Program-made: the position numbers and the translations under genes
The notes under the pieces: generated by a model
What the model was told of the DNA's origin: nothing
Seen by the model: only the letters and a program-made list of their open reading frames with translations
Database searches by the model: none
Assembly: GCF_006345805.1 (NCBI RefSeq)
Contig: NC_043003.1
Coordinates: 46,500,001-46,564,000, forward strand
Length of the DNA stretch: 64,000 bases
Direction of reading: 5' to 3'
Origin: Octopus sinensis
Lineage: Eukaryota
Part shown: positions 12,021 through 26,528 of the stretch, piece by piece
How the letters are laid out: each line of letters begins with the position of its first letter
Numbering within the stretch: the first letter of the stretch is position 1

Positions 12021-12669
12021 TTACCTTACCGATTTATAAGGTTCTCTGGTAATGGATAGATATTGCTCCAATGCAAACTGATTCGGATTGGTTATCGTCC
12101 AAATGTTTGTCTATAAAGTCTTATGTATATGCTACAACCCGTTCTATATAACTCACGGAAACTATCCTAGAAAGATAAACATATTACGTCCAAAACGAAA
12201 CACGAATGATTCGCTTCAAAACAACATGTGGTTCATAACTGGTAATAAAGTTATTCACATACATTATAGATTTAGATTTTTCTCATCTCATTCTCTTCTG
12301 ACTAACTGAAGTTCAGAAAACTTTAATTTTTAATTTTTTTCATCGGAGTTTTAGTTCTCTATGTATATAATTATCATGTAGATTTGCGCTGTTACATTAA
12401 ATATTGTAGTTAAAGCTATTATTTATTCATGGCATTCTCATGTAATAGACACAGATAGATAGATACATACATACATACATACATACATACATACATACAT
12501 ACATACATAGACAAACAGACATGTGTGTGTCTGAGTGTGCGTGTATATGGTGTGTATGTGTGTACGTGTGTGTGTGCATGTGTGCCAGTATGTGTACGCA
12601 CGCATGGATGTCTCTATATCTATATGTGTCTATAAACAAACACATATTACTATAGACACATATATTGTT

Positions 12670-12703
<34 letters not shown>

Positions 12704-12726
12704 TATATATATATATATATATAGAA

Positions 12727-12885
12727 GGCGCAGGAGTGACTGTGTGGTAAGTAGCTTGCTAACCAGCCACATGGTTCCGGGCTCAGTCCCACTGCGTGGC
12801 ATCTTGGGCAAGTGTCTTCTACTATAACCCCGGGCCGACCAATGCCTTGTGAGTGGATTTGGTAGACGGAAACTGAAAGAAGCCT
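12727..12885 (+). mobile_element. tRNA-derived bipartite SINE, 5' part, ending at the gap
   Basis: GGCGCAGGAGTGACTGTGTGGTAAG..CAGTCCCACTGCGTGGCA..GGTAGACGGAAACTGAAAGAAGCC. Confidence 0.85.
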
Positions 12886-12985
12886 NNNNNNNNNNNNNNN
12901 NNNNNNNNNNNNNNNNNNNNNNNNNNNNNNNNNNNNNNNNNNNNNNNNNNNNNNNNNNNNNNNNNNNNNNNNNNNNNNNNNNNNN
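12886..12985. other. assembly gap (100 N)
   Basis: Run of N. Confidence 1.
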
Positions 12986-13808
12986 AAAAGTTAATTAGCA
13001 GTTACATTACTCTGTAACTATGCGATTGTTCTGGTAGAACACGCAACCCCTATTACAATCATCAACGGAACGACAATACTGGGACATTCTTAAACTAATT
13101 CTGTTTACGAATATAACGGTATCAATGAAACTTTATCTGTTTCAGTTGACAACAATGTCATGAAGTTCAACTGCAATCCGTATACTACACAATTAGTTAA
13201 AGTAATGAATAGGATTCATGTTCAAATATGAATCCTTCTCATTTCTACTTAGAATCATTCAATTTAATGCTCTCCCAGCTGAGATGCTATATGTCAAAGA
13301 CAGTTTCCATGAGGCCTCTTCACTTACTCGAAATAGTAGCCAAATTTCTCTAATTTCACATGTTACTGTCTTAAAACAGGGAGGCAAGTGTCTTGTTCAA
13401 AAATGCAATCGAAGGCATATTAGAAATTAAACAGAGATGAGATGATTATGTTTGATCGTTTTTGACCGGAATCTGATTCAACTAGGGCTCACATGACGCT
13501 AAATAACAGAGGAATAACAGCAAGAACAACAGCGATTTGGGAAAAAAAAAACCTTCTGTATTTTATGAAAATATTAATATCGTGAGTATATTCAACAGCA
13601 TGTGACTTCTATAGGTGAGGTAGGTCGGTACATACATACATGCTTAGATACATACATACATCAACATACATACATACAACATACATACATACTACATACA
13701 AACATACATATTGAAATTCCAATGAAGAAGCCTTGGATCTAGGTTAGAAACCGTTCTCTTCTCCAACTGGCAAGAAATCTTGAAATAAACTGGATATAAC
13801 GACATACG

Positions 13809-13840
<32 letters not shown>

Positions 13841-14159
13841 TATATAATATACGAATTTGTACATATAGTATTAGTATGCATATATGTATTATGTATATAT
13901 AACATGGTACACGACGGATGCCGAAGGAAAAAAAACGAACAAGATGCCTAAAGTCATACGAAAATAAAATATATAATTATATTCTATTCCTATAATATGA
14001 CCATTGACAGGTTTTTTTTGTTTTTATTGTTTCCGTTTCAGCCCTCTTTGCTTCCGCTTCTTGTTCTTCAGCAAAAGTGCATTCAGCAACCTGTCCTCGC
14101 ACCTATATATATATTATATAGATATATATATATATATATTATATATAATATATTATATA

Positions 14160-14389
14160 TTATAATAGGAAGCTTTATAAAATAAACAAAAGAACGAAGG
14201 CAGGCGGAAAACAACGAACCATTGTATAGTATGGCGCTCATTAGTAATTAATCAGGAAATTAAATAAAACAGTCTTTAAACGTTTCGAGCCTACGCTCTT
14301 CAACAGAAAGTACACAGAGAGAGAAAACACAGAAAGAAGGAGAGAAAAAAAATGCGGCAGTAGCAACGAATCAACATGGCGATCTATAA

Positions 14390-14390
<1 letters not shown>
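14160..14390 (-). mobile_element. (TA)n-flanked PLE-like fragment with variant hammerhead (14274-14310)
   Basis: CTTT CTGTTGA A GAGC GTAG GCTC GAAAC GTT TAAAG; another copy of the family end at 37555-37620. Confidence 0.6.
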
Positions 14391-14432
<42 letters not shown>

Positions 14433-14453
14433 TATATATATATATATATATAT

Positions 14454-16573
14454 ACTTTACTTTGATACTTTGATAGGTTTCGGCCATTATTGGCCCAGGC
14501 CATGTCTAACTTAATAGCACCACCTGGTGAAGTCTTTCAAGTCAGAATTTGGGCACTATGGCCACTCAAGTAGAGAGTTATTGTTTACAGAGACATATCC
14601 GGGTGTAGGGGGGGTTTATCCGGATTTCTTGAAGGAATCTGTCCAAGACTTCTTGAACCCTATAGGGTCAGTTTCTGGTTTTAATGTGTTTTTGTGTAAT
14701 GTAAAGAGAGCGGGGCCAATGAGGTGAAATAATTGTGCCGTATTGTTGTTATGAGATGAGAGTGCGATTTTTGTTTTGGGCGGATGGCACGGGCCCAAGC
14801 CTTGGATGTACCTTAAAGGTGATGCCAACATCATTTTGGCAATGCTGATGGAATTTTCCACATCATGCAGATGATGTAGCGCTCACGACGACGTTGGAGA
14901 GAATAGAGTTTTAGCTTTTCTAGTCGACCCCAATAGTCGAGGCCTGTCATGCCATCTATCTTTTTGTGATTGCCCTTTGAGGTGCTTCAACTTTTATCAT
15001 ACCTTGTATTGTGTGGGGAGACCACAGTGGACACAGTATTCAAGGTGGTCGGGCAAAAGTGGAGAAGAGAGGATAATGGGGTGTGGATATCTCCCGACTG
15101 GAAAGTTCTGAGAATCCAGGAACACATTCTGCGGGCCATGTCAACTTTGGTGTTTATATTAGTGCCCAGCTTACGTTGTTGTCCACAATTACTCCCAAGT
15201 CTCTGATGTTGTTGGACGCCGCGAGAGTTTCACCTGAAGGAAGGGAGTATGGGAGTTTCAGGGCATCCTCTTTTTCCAAAGTGGATTAGCTCAATTTATC
15301 CTCGTTCAGCAGCATATTGTTTTTTTCTGCCCATGGATACAGCCATAGATCTGACTGAAGGCATGTCCGGTCACTCGCCTCATTTTATGACCTTCTGTAG
15401 CTTGGAGTCATCTGCAAAGATTTTTATGTTGCTGTGCTTGATGATGTCATTAATGTCATTAATGTAAATGATGAAAAGAAGTGGGGCCAGCACAGTGCCT
15501 TGCGGAACGCACTACTGACTTTGGCTGGGCTTGATTTTACCCCTCACTACAACATGTTTGAGATCTGTCTGTCAGGAAACCTTAATCCATTTCAGTAACT
15601 TTCCAGAACACCAATGTTGATAGTTTTTTCAATAGGATCTTGTGATCGACCCGTGTCGAAGCCTTACGAAATCAAGGTAGATGACATCGGTGTTGGAGCC
15701 CTCTCCCAAAGCTCTCAAAATGTCCTCAAAGTGATGCAGGAGCTGCGTTAGCAGTCCTTTCCATTACGGAACCCATGTTGGTTGGAGATCACCGTCCTGT
15801 TGCTTTCCAGAAATTGGGTTATTCGAGATCTCACCACCCTCTCAAATACCTGATGATATGAGAGGTGAGTGAGATCGACGGTAATTCACTGCAAGGGACT
15901 TGTTTCCCTTTTGAAAACTGGGACAACAGACTGGGACAGAAAGGTTTTTTTGGAATATAGCCAGCATCCAGTGAGTTTTCTCCACAGATCAGCAAGGGGA
16001 ATGCAAGTTGTGTCGACACACCTTCAGGACACAAGCAGGGAAACCTATCGGGGCCTACTGCTGAATTGTTTATATTTCGTTTATCGCCGCTAAGACATCA
16101 GGGCACTAAACGTTATGTCCGATATAGTGTGTTGGGGGTTGACATCACTGATCAGCCCAGATCGGCCATATCAGATTGCTGAAAACAGAGCAGTATTGTT
16201 TCTGCAGTATCTCGCCATGGATTTGGCATTATCTTGGAGAGTGCCAGTTTCGTCAATTAGAGGGCCTACAGTGGAGACAGTGACCCTGCGTTTCCTCGCA
16301 AATGAAAAGAACACTTTGGGGTTGAGTTTGATTTTTTCAATGGCCCACTTCTCCTCAGCTGATCTTTGGTTATTGATGAGGGTCTTCATGCATTGTTGGA
16401 GGTTATATTTTTTGGATTCAAGCAGTGCGATAGCCGTCGAATGTGTGTGTTGCTGTTGGCAGTACTTTAGTTTGTTAATTTTTTTGTTTGTTCTTTTTTT
16501 TTCGATAATGGTTTTTCTGTTTTTGGGGGATTCTGCACTTTTTGTTCACAGGTCTTGGTGGGGGTTTGTGCAC
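14454..16573 (-). mobile_element. 5'-truncated CR1-type LINE (RT region, decayed)
   Basis: KLNPKVFFSFARKRR..VGPLIDETG linker, PISLTSH-like, DHKILL and QGTVLGPLLF-like RT motifs with frameshifts; 3' tail of ATCAAAGT repeats; (TA)n on both sides. Confidence 0.85.
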
Positions 16574-16638
16574 ATACATATATATATATATATATAAGTA
16601 ATATATATATATAATATATATATATATAATTATATATA

Positions 16639-16678
<40 letters not shown>

Positions 16679-16733
16679 TATATTATATATATATATATTA
16701 CATAATAATATACATATATATATATATATATAT

Positions 16734-16777
<44 letters not shown>

Positions 16778-16808
16778 TATATATATATTATATATATTAT
16801 ATATTTAA

Positions 16809-16849
<41 letters not shown>

Positions 16850-16850
<1 letters not shown>

Positions 16851-17055
16851 GTTTTACTACAGAAAACAAATGACGAAAACAGGTGAGGCAACAACAAGCA
16901 GGTGTATTAGTTTAACTCTCGAGAAGAATGGAAAAGAGTTTGACGTTTCGTGCCTATGCTCTTCGATAGAAAGGTTAGAGAGGGGGAAACAGAGACAGAA
17001 CGAAAAGAAAAGGAGACGGAAGCAATGTGCAGGGATTGACGGTTCAACATGATGA
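16850..17055 (-). mobile_element. (TA)n-flanked PLE-like fragment with degenerate hammerhead (16939-16972)
   Basis: TTT CTATCGA A GAGC ATAG GCAC GAAAC GTC AAA. Confidence 0.55.
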
Positions 17056-17059
17056 AATA

Positions 17060-17134
<75 letters not shown>

Positions 17135-17485
17135 ATATGTGTATGTGTGTGTGTGTGTGTGTATGTATATATATATATATATATATATATCCATCTATCT
17201 ATCTATCTATCTATTATATATATATATATATATATATATATTAATATATATATCATATGTATATATGGATGGATGTATGTATGTATGTATATTACATACA
17301 CAGGTGTGGATGTGTGGTTACAAACATATTTTAACTAACCTGAAGTTCGCGTATATATATGTGTGTGTGTGTATGTGTGTGTGTGTGTACGTATGTATGT
17401 ATGTATGTATGAATGTATGTACGTATGTATGTATGTATGTATGTATGTATGTATGTATGTATGTATGTATGTATGTATGTATGTG

Positions 17486-19109
17486 CAGTTGCGGCCAAAA
17501 TGTTTAGAACGGCATTGTTTTCGCCAGAAAAGTAGGTATAAGTTTTTATCAAACTTGTTTTATGTTCTATAATTTTCACAGTCAATAAATTCGATATTAA
17601 TTGTTATTGTCTGAGATTTTGGTGTAATGTGAGATCATAATACAAAAGTTATGGATGATTTAGTAATTTACTGCAAAACCCATGGCTGCCAAAATGATCA
17701 GAACGGTTGAAAAAATAACAAAATAATCAAAAATGACAGAGAATACTGGAATTATTTAATATTTAGTGTGAAGCCCTTTAGTTTCAATCACACTTTGACA
17801 TCTTCGACTGCATGAGGAAATTAAATTTTCAATTTCTTGCTAGGTGATCTTATTCCATTCTTCCTGAAGGGCATTCCATAATTGCTCGGTTGTTTTAGGA
17901 TTTCTGGCTTTCAAACGTTCTCCTAGAATATTCCACACATTTTCAATAGGATTGAGATCTGGGCTTTGAGCAGGCCAATCCATAATAATAACCTTTTCAG
18001 CCTTGAGGAAGTTCATGACCACCTTATCCTTGTGACATGGGGCATTGTCATGCATGAATATGGGTGGTCGCTTAGTTGAATTTCTCAGCACAGGCAAGAC
18101 ATGATCTTTTACAAGTTGTTTATAAACTCCTGCATTTACCTTTCCGTGTAATCGCACAAAAGAGCCCACACCATCTCCAGATATCATCCCCCAAACCATG
18201 ACGCTTCCTCCACCGAATTTAACACTAGTCATAAGGCATTTAGGCGACAATTTTTCACCTACTTTTCAACGAACGTACCTTTTCCCATCTGAACCAAATA
18301 ACATAAACTTAGATTCATCACTGAAATGCACCGTTTGCAATTTTTCTTGAGACCACAACACATGCTCGGTTGCAAAGGTAAGACGACAATTTTATTTTTG
18401 GAGCTGATCAGTGGCTTCACTGCAGGTGATCTTGCTTGTAGGTTATGTTCAACTAAATGATGAGACAGTTTTTCTTCAGTACAATGCTCATTTCCCGAGA
18501 AACAGCAGCAGTAGTTTTAAATCTGTCCTTTTTAACCAACTTTACCATAGCACGATCTTATCTTCTCTCTTGGTCGTTTTTCTTGGCCTACCTGTAGACT
18601 TTCTTGCTTCACACGAACCACAATCATCGTAGACCTTAAGAATACCGTGAACAACACTTTTTGACTTGTTAACAATCTTTGCAATAGACCCAATACTTAA
18701 ATTATCCTTCTTTCGAAGCTTAAGAATCTGCTGACGAATTGGTAACGGAGTAAGTGGCATTATATTAACAAAGTACACTGCAGATATTCTCACTAATGTT
18801 TAGTAAACGAACCGTCACGTAATCAAATTCAAAACATTAGAGTTCGCCGGTTAAATATACTAAAACACGGAGTAAAAGCAACCGTTCTGATCATTTTGGC
18901 CGCCATGGGTTTTGCAGTAAATCACTAAATAATCATCCATAACTTTTGTATTATCCTCTCAAATTAAACCAAAATCTCAGACAATAACAATTAATATCGT
19001 ATTTATTGTCTGTGAAAATTATAGAATATAAAACAACTTTGATAAAAACTTATATCTACTTACTTTTCTGGCGAAAACTATGCCGTTCTGAACATTTTGG
19101 CCGCAACTG
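17486..19109 (-). mobile_element. Tc1 DD34E transposon with ~224-230 bp IR/DR TIRs; transposase pseudogene ~17756-18763
   Basis: TIRs 17486-17709 and 18879-19109 with outer and inner repeats (GCCAAAATG..AGAACGG); motifs GRPRKTT, HFSDESKF, HDNAPCH..WPAQSPDLNPIE (34 aa between D and E); frameshifts and stops. Confidence 0.95.
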
Positions 19110-19953
19110 TAGATATGTATGCATGTGTGTGTTATTAGAAATACGTGTGTGTATGTCTGAGACATTTTTTGTGTATATACTTCTATTTTTATCGCCTTCT
19201 AATTTTGATTTGATTCTAAGTCAATGTAATTATGTAATCATTAGAGATGAAGCCGTTGTATGAGACAGTAAATAAAAAAAATATTAAAATGCTCTATTAT
19301 TCTGTTTATTCTGAGTAGTATCTGACTGACTAGAATTAGGCAATTTATAATTCCAGCGATCATTACTTTATGTGTAATTTAGAAATCGTGAATCCAACGA
19401 CACTTTGTCTTCTTTGTTTTCCATGTTTAAGACGTTCTGTGTGATTTTACAAATATTTAGGTACTATTTCAAACAGATCGATTATCACATAAATGCAACC
19501 CAGTTAGAATTCAGTTAGAATAAGATGTCGTAGAAAAGTGTTGGTTGGAGGTGAGTGAGGAAAAATATATTTAGCAAGCAATTCAGAACAGGAACTGTAG
19601 TTCTAACAGTAAATTATAAGGGAAAAGTGCTAGCGTAAGAAAGAAAGAGAAGAGACCTACTGAATTTTGCTTATAGGAAAAGCTGTATGTCTGTAGTAGC
19701 AACAGAAGCAAGATCATCGTTCCATTGGTGCAATCAATATAACCATTGAATATTTTCTTTAAGCTTTGTAAAGGTTAAACAACTGATGGGGATTGCAGAC
19801 TTTCCTGACTATAAATAAAAAAGTTAAATTGTTAAATATTTTAGTAATACTGTGCCAATGTTATATATGTGAGTCACCATATGAGATCCCGTATTTGTAT
19901 GTAATTTAATGAAAGTTTTAGTAGAGTGTCGTTCGTCAGTGGGGAAAGGATTT

Positions 19954-19982
19954 CAACCGTTCTGAACATTTTGGCGCAACTG
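19954..19982. repeat. solo Tc1 terminal repeat fragment
   Basis: CAACCGTTCTGAACATTTTGGCGCAACTG matches the ends of 17486-19109. Confidence 0.7.
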
Positions 19983-20094
19983 CTGCATGTATGTATATGT
20001 ATGTGTATCCACTATGGCCGCAGTCCATTGTCTGAGACAAGTAAAAGAATATATACACGTACATAAATATAATACAGGATATATATATATATAC

Positions 20095-20142
<48 letters not shown>

Positions 20143-20149
20143 TATAATA

Positions 20150-20193
<44 letters not shown>

Positions 20194-20671
20194 TCACTAA
20201 TGTATAGATAGGTAGAGAGAGAAAGAGAGCGGGGGGAGAGAGAGACACATGAAAGAGAGAGGGAGAAGAGAGAGGGTGAAAATGGTTAAGTAGCAGAATA
20301 CAGAACAACAGATATATACCTTCATGCACGCATGTATTAATACTGGATGTTAAAAACATTATAGCAAAAATAAAAGAAAGTGAATATAATATAAATCTAC
20401 AAAAAGACAGTAAAAAAACATAATGAAACAGATATAAAAAAAAGAACGACCCGAACAAACCATTCAGGTGAGAGTTATTTAATTCTACATTAAGAATCAA
20501 GAGAAAAAACATTAAAAAATGATAATGTTTTAATCTAAGGGTTTTTTATGTTCCTTGTATTTCCATTTAAAGGATGTTTCTCTGACAAATTTCCAAAGTT
20601 TCAAAATACAGAGAAAAAATAGTTTGTTATAACGACATGAAAATTGTTAGAAAAATTATATATATATATTA

Positions 20672-20709
<38 letters not shown>

Positions 20710-20775
20710 TTAGTAAAAAGTAGAGGATTATGTGTATATATATATACATATATGATATATATATGTATATGTATA

Positions 20776-20812
<37 letters not shown>

Positions 20813-21095
20813 ACATATACATATACATATATATATATATACATATAAATATATATATAATATTTATATATATAAATTAGTAAAATGTAAGTGATTATGT
20901 GTGTATGTATATATGAATGTATGTATATGCATAAGTTATATATACATATGTATATACGCACACACACATATACATATATATATAGACATCTCTCTCTTCT
21001 CTCTATATATATATATATAATATATATATATATATATAAATACGCATACACATATATAGATGTATATATGCATATGTATATATATATATAATATG

Positions 21096-21142
<47 letters not shown>

Positions 21143-21261
21143 TGTGTGTGTATTATACATGTTTGTTTGTTTGTATGTATATATGTATGTATGTATCTGA
21201 GTGTGTTTCTATGTTGGCATGTATGCATATAAATATAAATAAACACACAAACATACATATG

Positions 21262-22590
21262 TGTAAAAACTACAAGCCAATCTTTCTGACTTCACATATT
21301 TGCAATGTTATGGAATGGATCGTCAGAAAGAAACTGACAACGTTCCAAGTAGAAAATGACTTATTGAGCGATATACAGCACACATTCCGTCCAGAAAGAA
21401 ACCCTTACGACACTATAAATGGGTTTTGAAGAGGCTTCTTCACCATTCAGGTGTCAATGTGATATATCTCGACTCCGCAAAGGCCTTAGATAAGGTAGTC
21501 CATTGCATAATGTGTCAAAAGCATGCGAGACCTTGGCATAGCTGGTAAACTGGGAGAGTGGTGATATGACTTCATGAAGGAGAGAAGTCAGATAGTTGTA
21601 GTCAATGTTACTGTACCCCCTCTAATGAAGCACAAGTTTTGAGTAGCATCCCCCAGGGAACTGCCTTGGTGCCATTACTGTTCATAGCAATTAACTTAGA
21701 CATGTCCATAGTCACTCAGGTAGCCATTGTCACTTGCTACGCAAATGATACAAAACTATCACGGGTCAATGATGAGCCTTTGCGATATCACAAGGTTGCA
21801 GTGGGACCTAAATGTAATATACGAGTGGACTGAAGAGAACAGCATGCAGCGTACCTCTTGGAAAATTTGGTAAAGTTCAAGCACTGCCCTATCACCTCAC
21901 AAATGAACGATAAGCTGCATATACAGGACCCGAAGTCACCGCAATCCCCGAGTCACTAACAGTGAGACCTGCGGATCAGTATGTGTAACGAAGCATCATT
22001 TCATATGCACATTGGCAACATGGCAACAGAGTGCAGACAACTGACATGATGGATAATAAGGTCTTTCAAGACATGAGACCTAAAAGTCATGTTGACTTTG
22101 TGGAGGAACCTTGTTCTCCACCGCCTAGACTACTACTCTCAGCTATGATAACTAGATAGCACCAAACAAACAACGGGTTTGAAGGAGCCCAATGTCATTA
22201 CACTAAAAAGATTGTAAATGTGCAGCAGATTAATTGTAGGTAAAAGTGAAAAACAACGACTTTATTTCTTGGAGCGAAGATGCGACAGATCCGTAATAAT
22301 CTACATATGAAAAATTCTGGAAAGGCTAGTATCTAATTTCGGCATTTGGTGTTATACAAATGCCATTGCATTGCAGCAAAGGTTGCATTCACCCAACCTC
22401 AAGTCATGACCAAGTACTGCAAAAGCTTTGGGTTTAAAGACCCACAGCGCTTCGATGCTCCGCCCCAAAATTAAGAAACTTTCACAATGTGGACGTGGAT
22501 GCAATCCAAGAGGAACTGGACATCTCCTATCTACAATACTATAAAGCACATATGAGGGCAGCAGTGCCAAACTCTCTCATACACTAAATA
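21262..22590 (+). mobile_element. older CR1-type LINE RT fragment
   Basis: [27 protein letters not shown] and SSIPQGTALVPLLF..YANDTKL (degenerate PQG and FADD motifs). Confidence 0.85.
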
Positions 22591-22779
22591 GGCCACCAAC
22601 TAAGGGAAAGAGCGCATGAAGGAGTGGTGATATGAAATCTCACTACTCTGAAGATAACATTCAAAGAACAAAGATGTACAAAAGTAAAAATCACGGTCGT
22701 GCTCCATCATGATCGCAACCACATGACTGTGACGAATAAAAGAATAAGAGTATATATATATATTGACAGACAGACAGGG

Positions 22780-22862
<83 letters not shown>

Positions 22863-23734
22863 AAGGATACATGTACTATTAGTCACAAAGCCAAAGTTTT
22901 ACGAATAAAGAAGGCACCACACATTTGAGACTTTTATTTTTTAATACGAAGTTTATTCAGCACTTAGAGGAACTCCAAAGATGCTTCCCGGTTCATCACA
23001 ATTTTGGATGAAAGTTTGAGACGAGGCTGGAAGAGTTCACCTGTAAAAAATGAAAAGTGTGAAACTGTGTGCGCATGTCTGTATGTTGTTTATTTGAAGA
23101 CATGGTGACACTATTGTTTCATCCTAGTGTTTGTTCCCGATTTATTTCCTCTTTTCATAACCTAGTGTTCTAAATCACTAATAGACCAGTCTTAATCAAA
23201 CAGTGATCTACGAAAGAGATTTAACTGCTGTTGCTACCAGGGCATTTGAGCAATCTTGTAGAGGCTGCTACATTGACTCCAAGATATTTAAAGTCAACAA
23301 GAAACAGAACATATTCTGTCACTATTATTTGACACATTTTAATGTGACAAACCTGTGGGAATAAACCTCCGTTCAATCATCCTTTACGTTTCAATGCAAT
23401 AATAATGTATGATAGTATCACATACGATGATTACTTCCAAGTTTAACTGTTATAATTTAAAAACACTATTTGTATTTTATATATCGTGCATGTGTGAATA
23501 ATAGCTTCATGGGCATTTAGTAAGAGGCTCATTGCATTCCAGATGGTGAAAGTAAAAACGCATATATCATATAAATAGTTATATATACGTATGGGTGTAT
23601 GTGAATGTGAACGAGTGTGTTTGTGCGCGCGTGTATATGTCTCAGTACGTGTATATGTACGCGTGTAAGTGTGTGTGTATGTGTGTGTGCGTGTATGTGC
23701 GTGTGTGTGTGTGTGGTGTGTGTGCGTGCGTGTG

Positions 23735-24125
23735 CTTAGGCTGTATGGTATTCTTGCCAACCATATGGCTCCGGTTTCAGTCCCACTGCGTACCAAGTTG
23801 GGCAAATGTCTTCTATCATTGTCCAAGACCGACTAAAGTCTTATGAATGAATCTGAGAGACGGCAAATAGAAGAGCCTAACGTACATATGTGTGTGTGTA
23901 CGTAAGTGTGTGTGTATGTGTGTCTGTGCTTGTCTCCCACCATCGCTAGACGGTGGGTGTTGGTTTGTTTATGTCCCTGTACTTAGCGGTTCAGCAAAAG
24001 GCACCGACGGAATAACTACCAGGCTTTAACATACAGGTACTGGGATCGTTTCGCTCGACTAAACCCTTCAAGGCAATGCCACAGCATGGCCGAGGCTAAG
24101 TGTCTGAAAGGAGTTAAAGAAAAGA
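23735..24125 (+). mobile_element. bipartite tRNA-derived SINE with internal (GT)n
   Basis: 5' part ..CAGTCCCACTGCG.. and 3' part ..ACTTAGCGGTTCAGCAAAAG.. as in the other copies. Confidence 0.75.
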
Positions 24126-24267
24126 GATATATAGTGAGTGAGTGAGTGAGTGAGTGACTGAGTGAGTTAGTGAGTGAGAGAGAAAGAAGGAGGAAGAGTG
24201 AGAGAGAGAAAGAACAAAGACACAGATAAACAGACAGACAGGCAGACAGGCAGACAGAGAGACACAC

Positions 24268-24298
<31 letters not shown>

Positions 24299-26354
24299 CA
24301 TACATACATACATACATACATACATACATACATACGAATGCATATGTAAAACTTTAACAAAACGAGTGTTAAAATTTCAAACTAGAAACATGAGGCTATA
24401 GAAATAGCAAAGAAATTAAAGGAAGTTACAGCGACCTGTACAAACCCCATAGTGACAGTTATTTATTTCTATATTAAGATTGAAAGTAAGAAATTTCTTA
24501 AAATATAAATTTTTTAAAGATTTTCTTTCTAGGTTTTCTTATTTTTTTGCTAGATTTCTTTGACAGAAAGTTAGTGACAAATTTAGCATCTGTCAAACAT
24601 TAGGTGAAATTTTACTTTCCTATAGTGTGAGACCTGAATCAAAAACTTATGATAAAGTCTCACATACACACACACATACTTACACATACAGAGAAGTATA
24701 TGTGGGTATCTATTTATGTGTGTGACTGTATGTATGTATAAAATTTATATGTATGTATGCATATACGTATTCGATTTTATTTCTTTTGAATATTTACGTG
24801 AGCTGAACACAAAATATGTTTATATATTTCACAAAAAAGAAGTTTTCCATAGATAATTTTTGCTTTCATAGAGTTACAGGTCAAAGTAAATATAAGACGT
24901 TCCAGTTATGACCCTCTCGTCTTTTTTTCTTTTTCTTTTTACTGGTGCAGTCTTTATAAGTCTATTTAATTCATTTCGTAATCTCATTTTGAAAGTGAGA
25001 TATAGACGATATTTACAACTGAAACTTTAAACAAAATCCACCCATTGATTGCTTGCGTTCAATGATTTGATTCTAATACCCTCTACATTAAGGATTGATG
25101 GCTATGCTTCTGTATTAGAAATTTCTGATTTGGCACAGATGTGCACATTTAGGCTGTCAGAGAGGATAGCACACTAATCTGTGATGAAGGTAACTAACCT
25201 AGCACTTGGCGAACTTGGTGAAAAAGGCTGGTGTATGTTCTTCATTGAAATTCCGGTAAACATTTGCACCAACTTTCTGCTATCCGGATTTCCGAAAAGT
25301 GTGGCTAGTCCTACACAAGCCCATTTTTGTGGATAGACGTAACAAGGCCAACTGATGGTCTGGCAGTGGTGGAGGAGAAATACGGACACAAAGATACACA
25401 CACACATGGTCACACGCACATATATACAGGTATATACGACGAGCTTCTTTCAGTTACCGTCCAAGTGCTGTTAGATCATGTAAACTCAATAAAGCCATCC
25501 ATACAGTTCACAATGGAAAAGGAAAAGACAATCAGCTGGCATTCCTGGTCGTATTAATAACACGCACCAAATATGGATTCAGGACATCCGTGTACCGCAA
25601 GCTGACCTTTCCTGGATGATACCTCAACTTCAATTCTCACCGTCCATACAGTGAAAAGAGAGGGATTGCTCAGTGCCTAAAACATCGAGCAAATAATATA
25701 AGTAGCGATTGTGATACACACCATAAAGAAATGATCAAGCTCAATAACGATCTGCTAAGCAACAACTACCCCAAAAGTATACTACCCACTCCAATTATGA
25801 AGAAGAGAGAGGATGAGGCCAATAAACAGTCCACAGTCTGTCTACCCTATGTGAAAGGCCCCTCCGAAAAGATACAAAAGATATGCGGCCTATATGACAT
25901 CAGGACAGTATTCAACAGTAATACAACACTTCGCAAATATCTCATTCGGGTAAAACCAGTAATAGAAGAGAATATGACCAAAGGCTGTGTGTGCTCCATC
26001 CCATGCAGCTGTGGTAGGTTATATACAAAGGCGAAACATGCCGCCCCCTCAAAATAAGGGTAGACGAACATCGCAAAGCTGTGACACGAGGAGATATTGA
26101 TAAATCGGGTATAGCTGATCATGTATGGAGAAGTGTGGACCACCTCCCACCCCCCTGTGGGAAGAAGTTAAAATAATAGACAGAAAACACCACTGGAAAA
26201 TACGAAAGCTAAAAGAAGCAGCACATATGCTAGGACACAACAACCTCCTAAGCAGACCGAGTGCAGATATGAGCAGCATATAGGAACCGGTATAAAGGAA
26301 GGATAGAAAAATATTAGATTTACAAGCCCTAAAATTCACTCTATAATTGTCCAT

Positions 26355-26429
26355 GGGCATATGACATAGTGGTTAAGAGCGCGGACTACTAACCCCAAGA
26401 TTCCGAGTTCGATTCCAGGCAGTGACCTG
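26355..26429 (+). promoter_or_regulatory. tRNA-like Pol III internal promoter in the PLE 3' region
   Basis: A-box-like TGACATAGTGG (26362-72), B-box GAGTTCGATTCC (26405-16). Confidence 0.65.
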
Positions 26430-26528
26430 AATAATTGTGATATTAATAACAAAAATAATAATAATAATAACAACAACAACATCAAAAAATACCTTAGGAA
26501 TGAGAACCCAGGTTCGAAATTTCTCCAA

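Noticed and set aside
13146-13201. Candidate exon DNNVMKFNCNPYTTQLVK
   Set aside because: Splice sites are plausible but there is no compatible neighbour or homology; insufficient support
13717-13760. Hammerhead-like TGAAGA..GAAACCG
   Set aside because: Core lacks CUG and there is no stem I or NUH pairing
19477-19550. Exon with a strong GAG|GTGAGT donor
   Set aside because: All three frames contain stops (an 11-nt duplication breaks the best frame)
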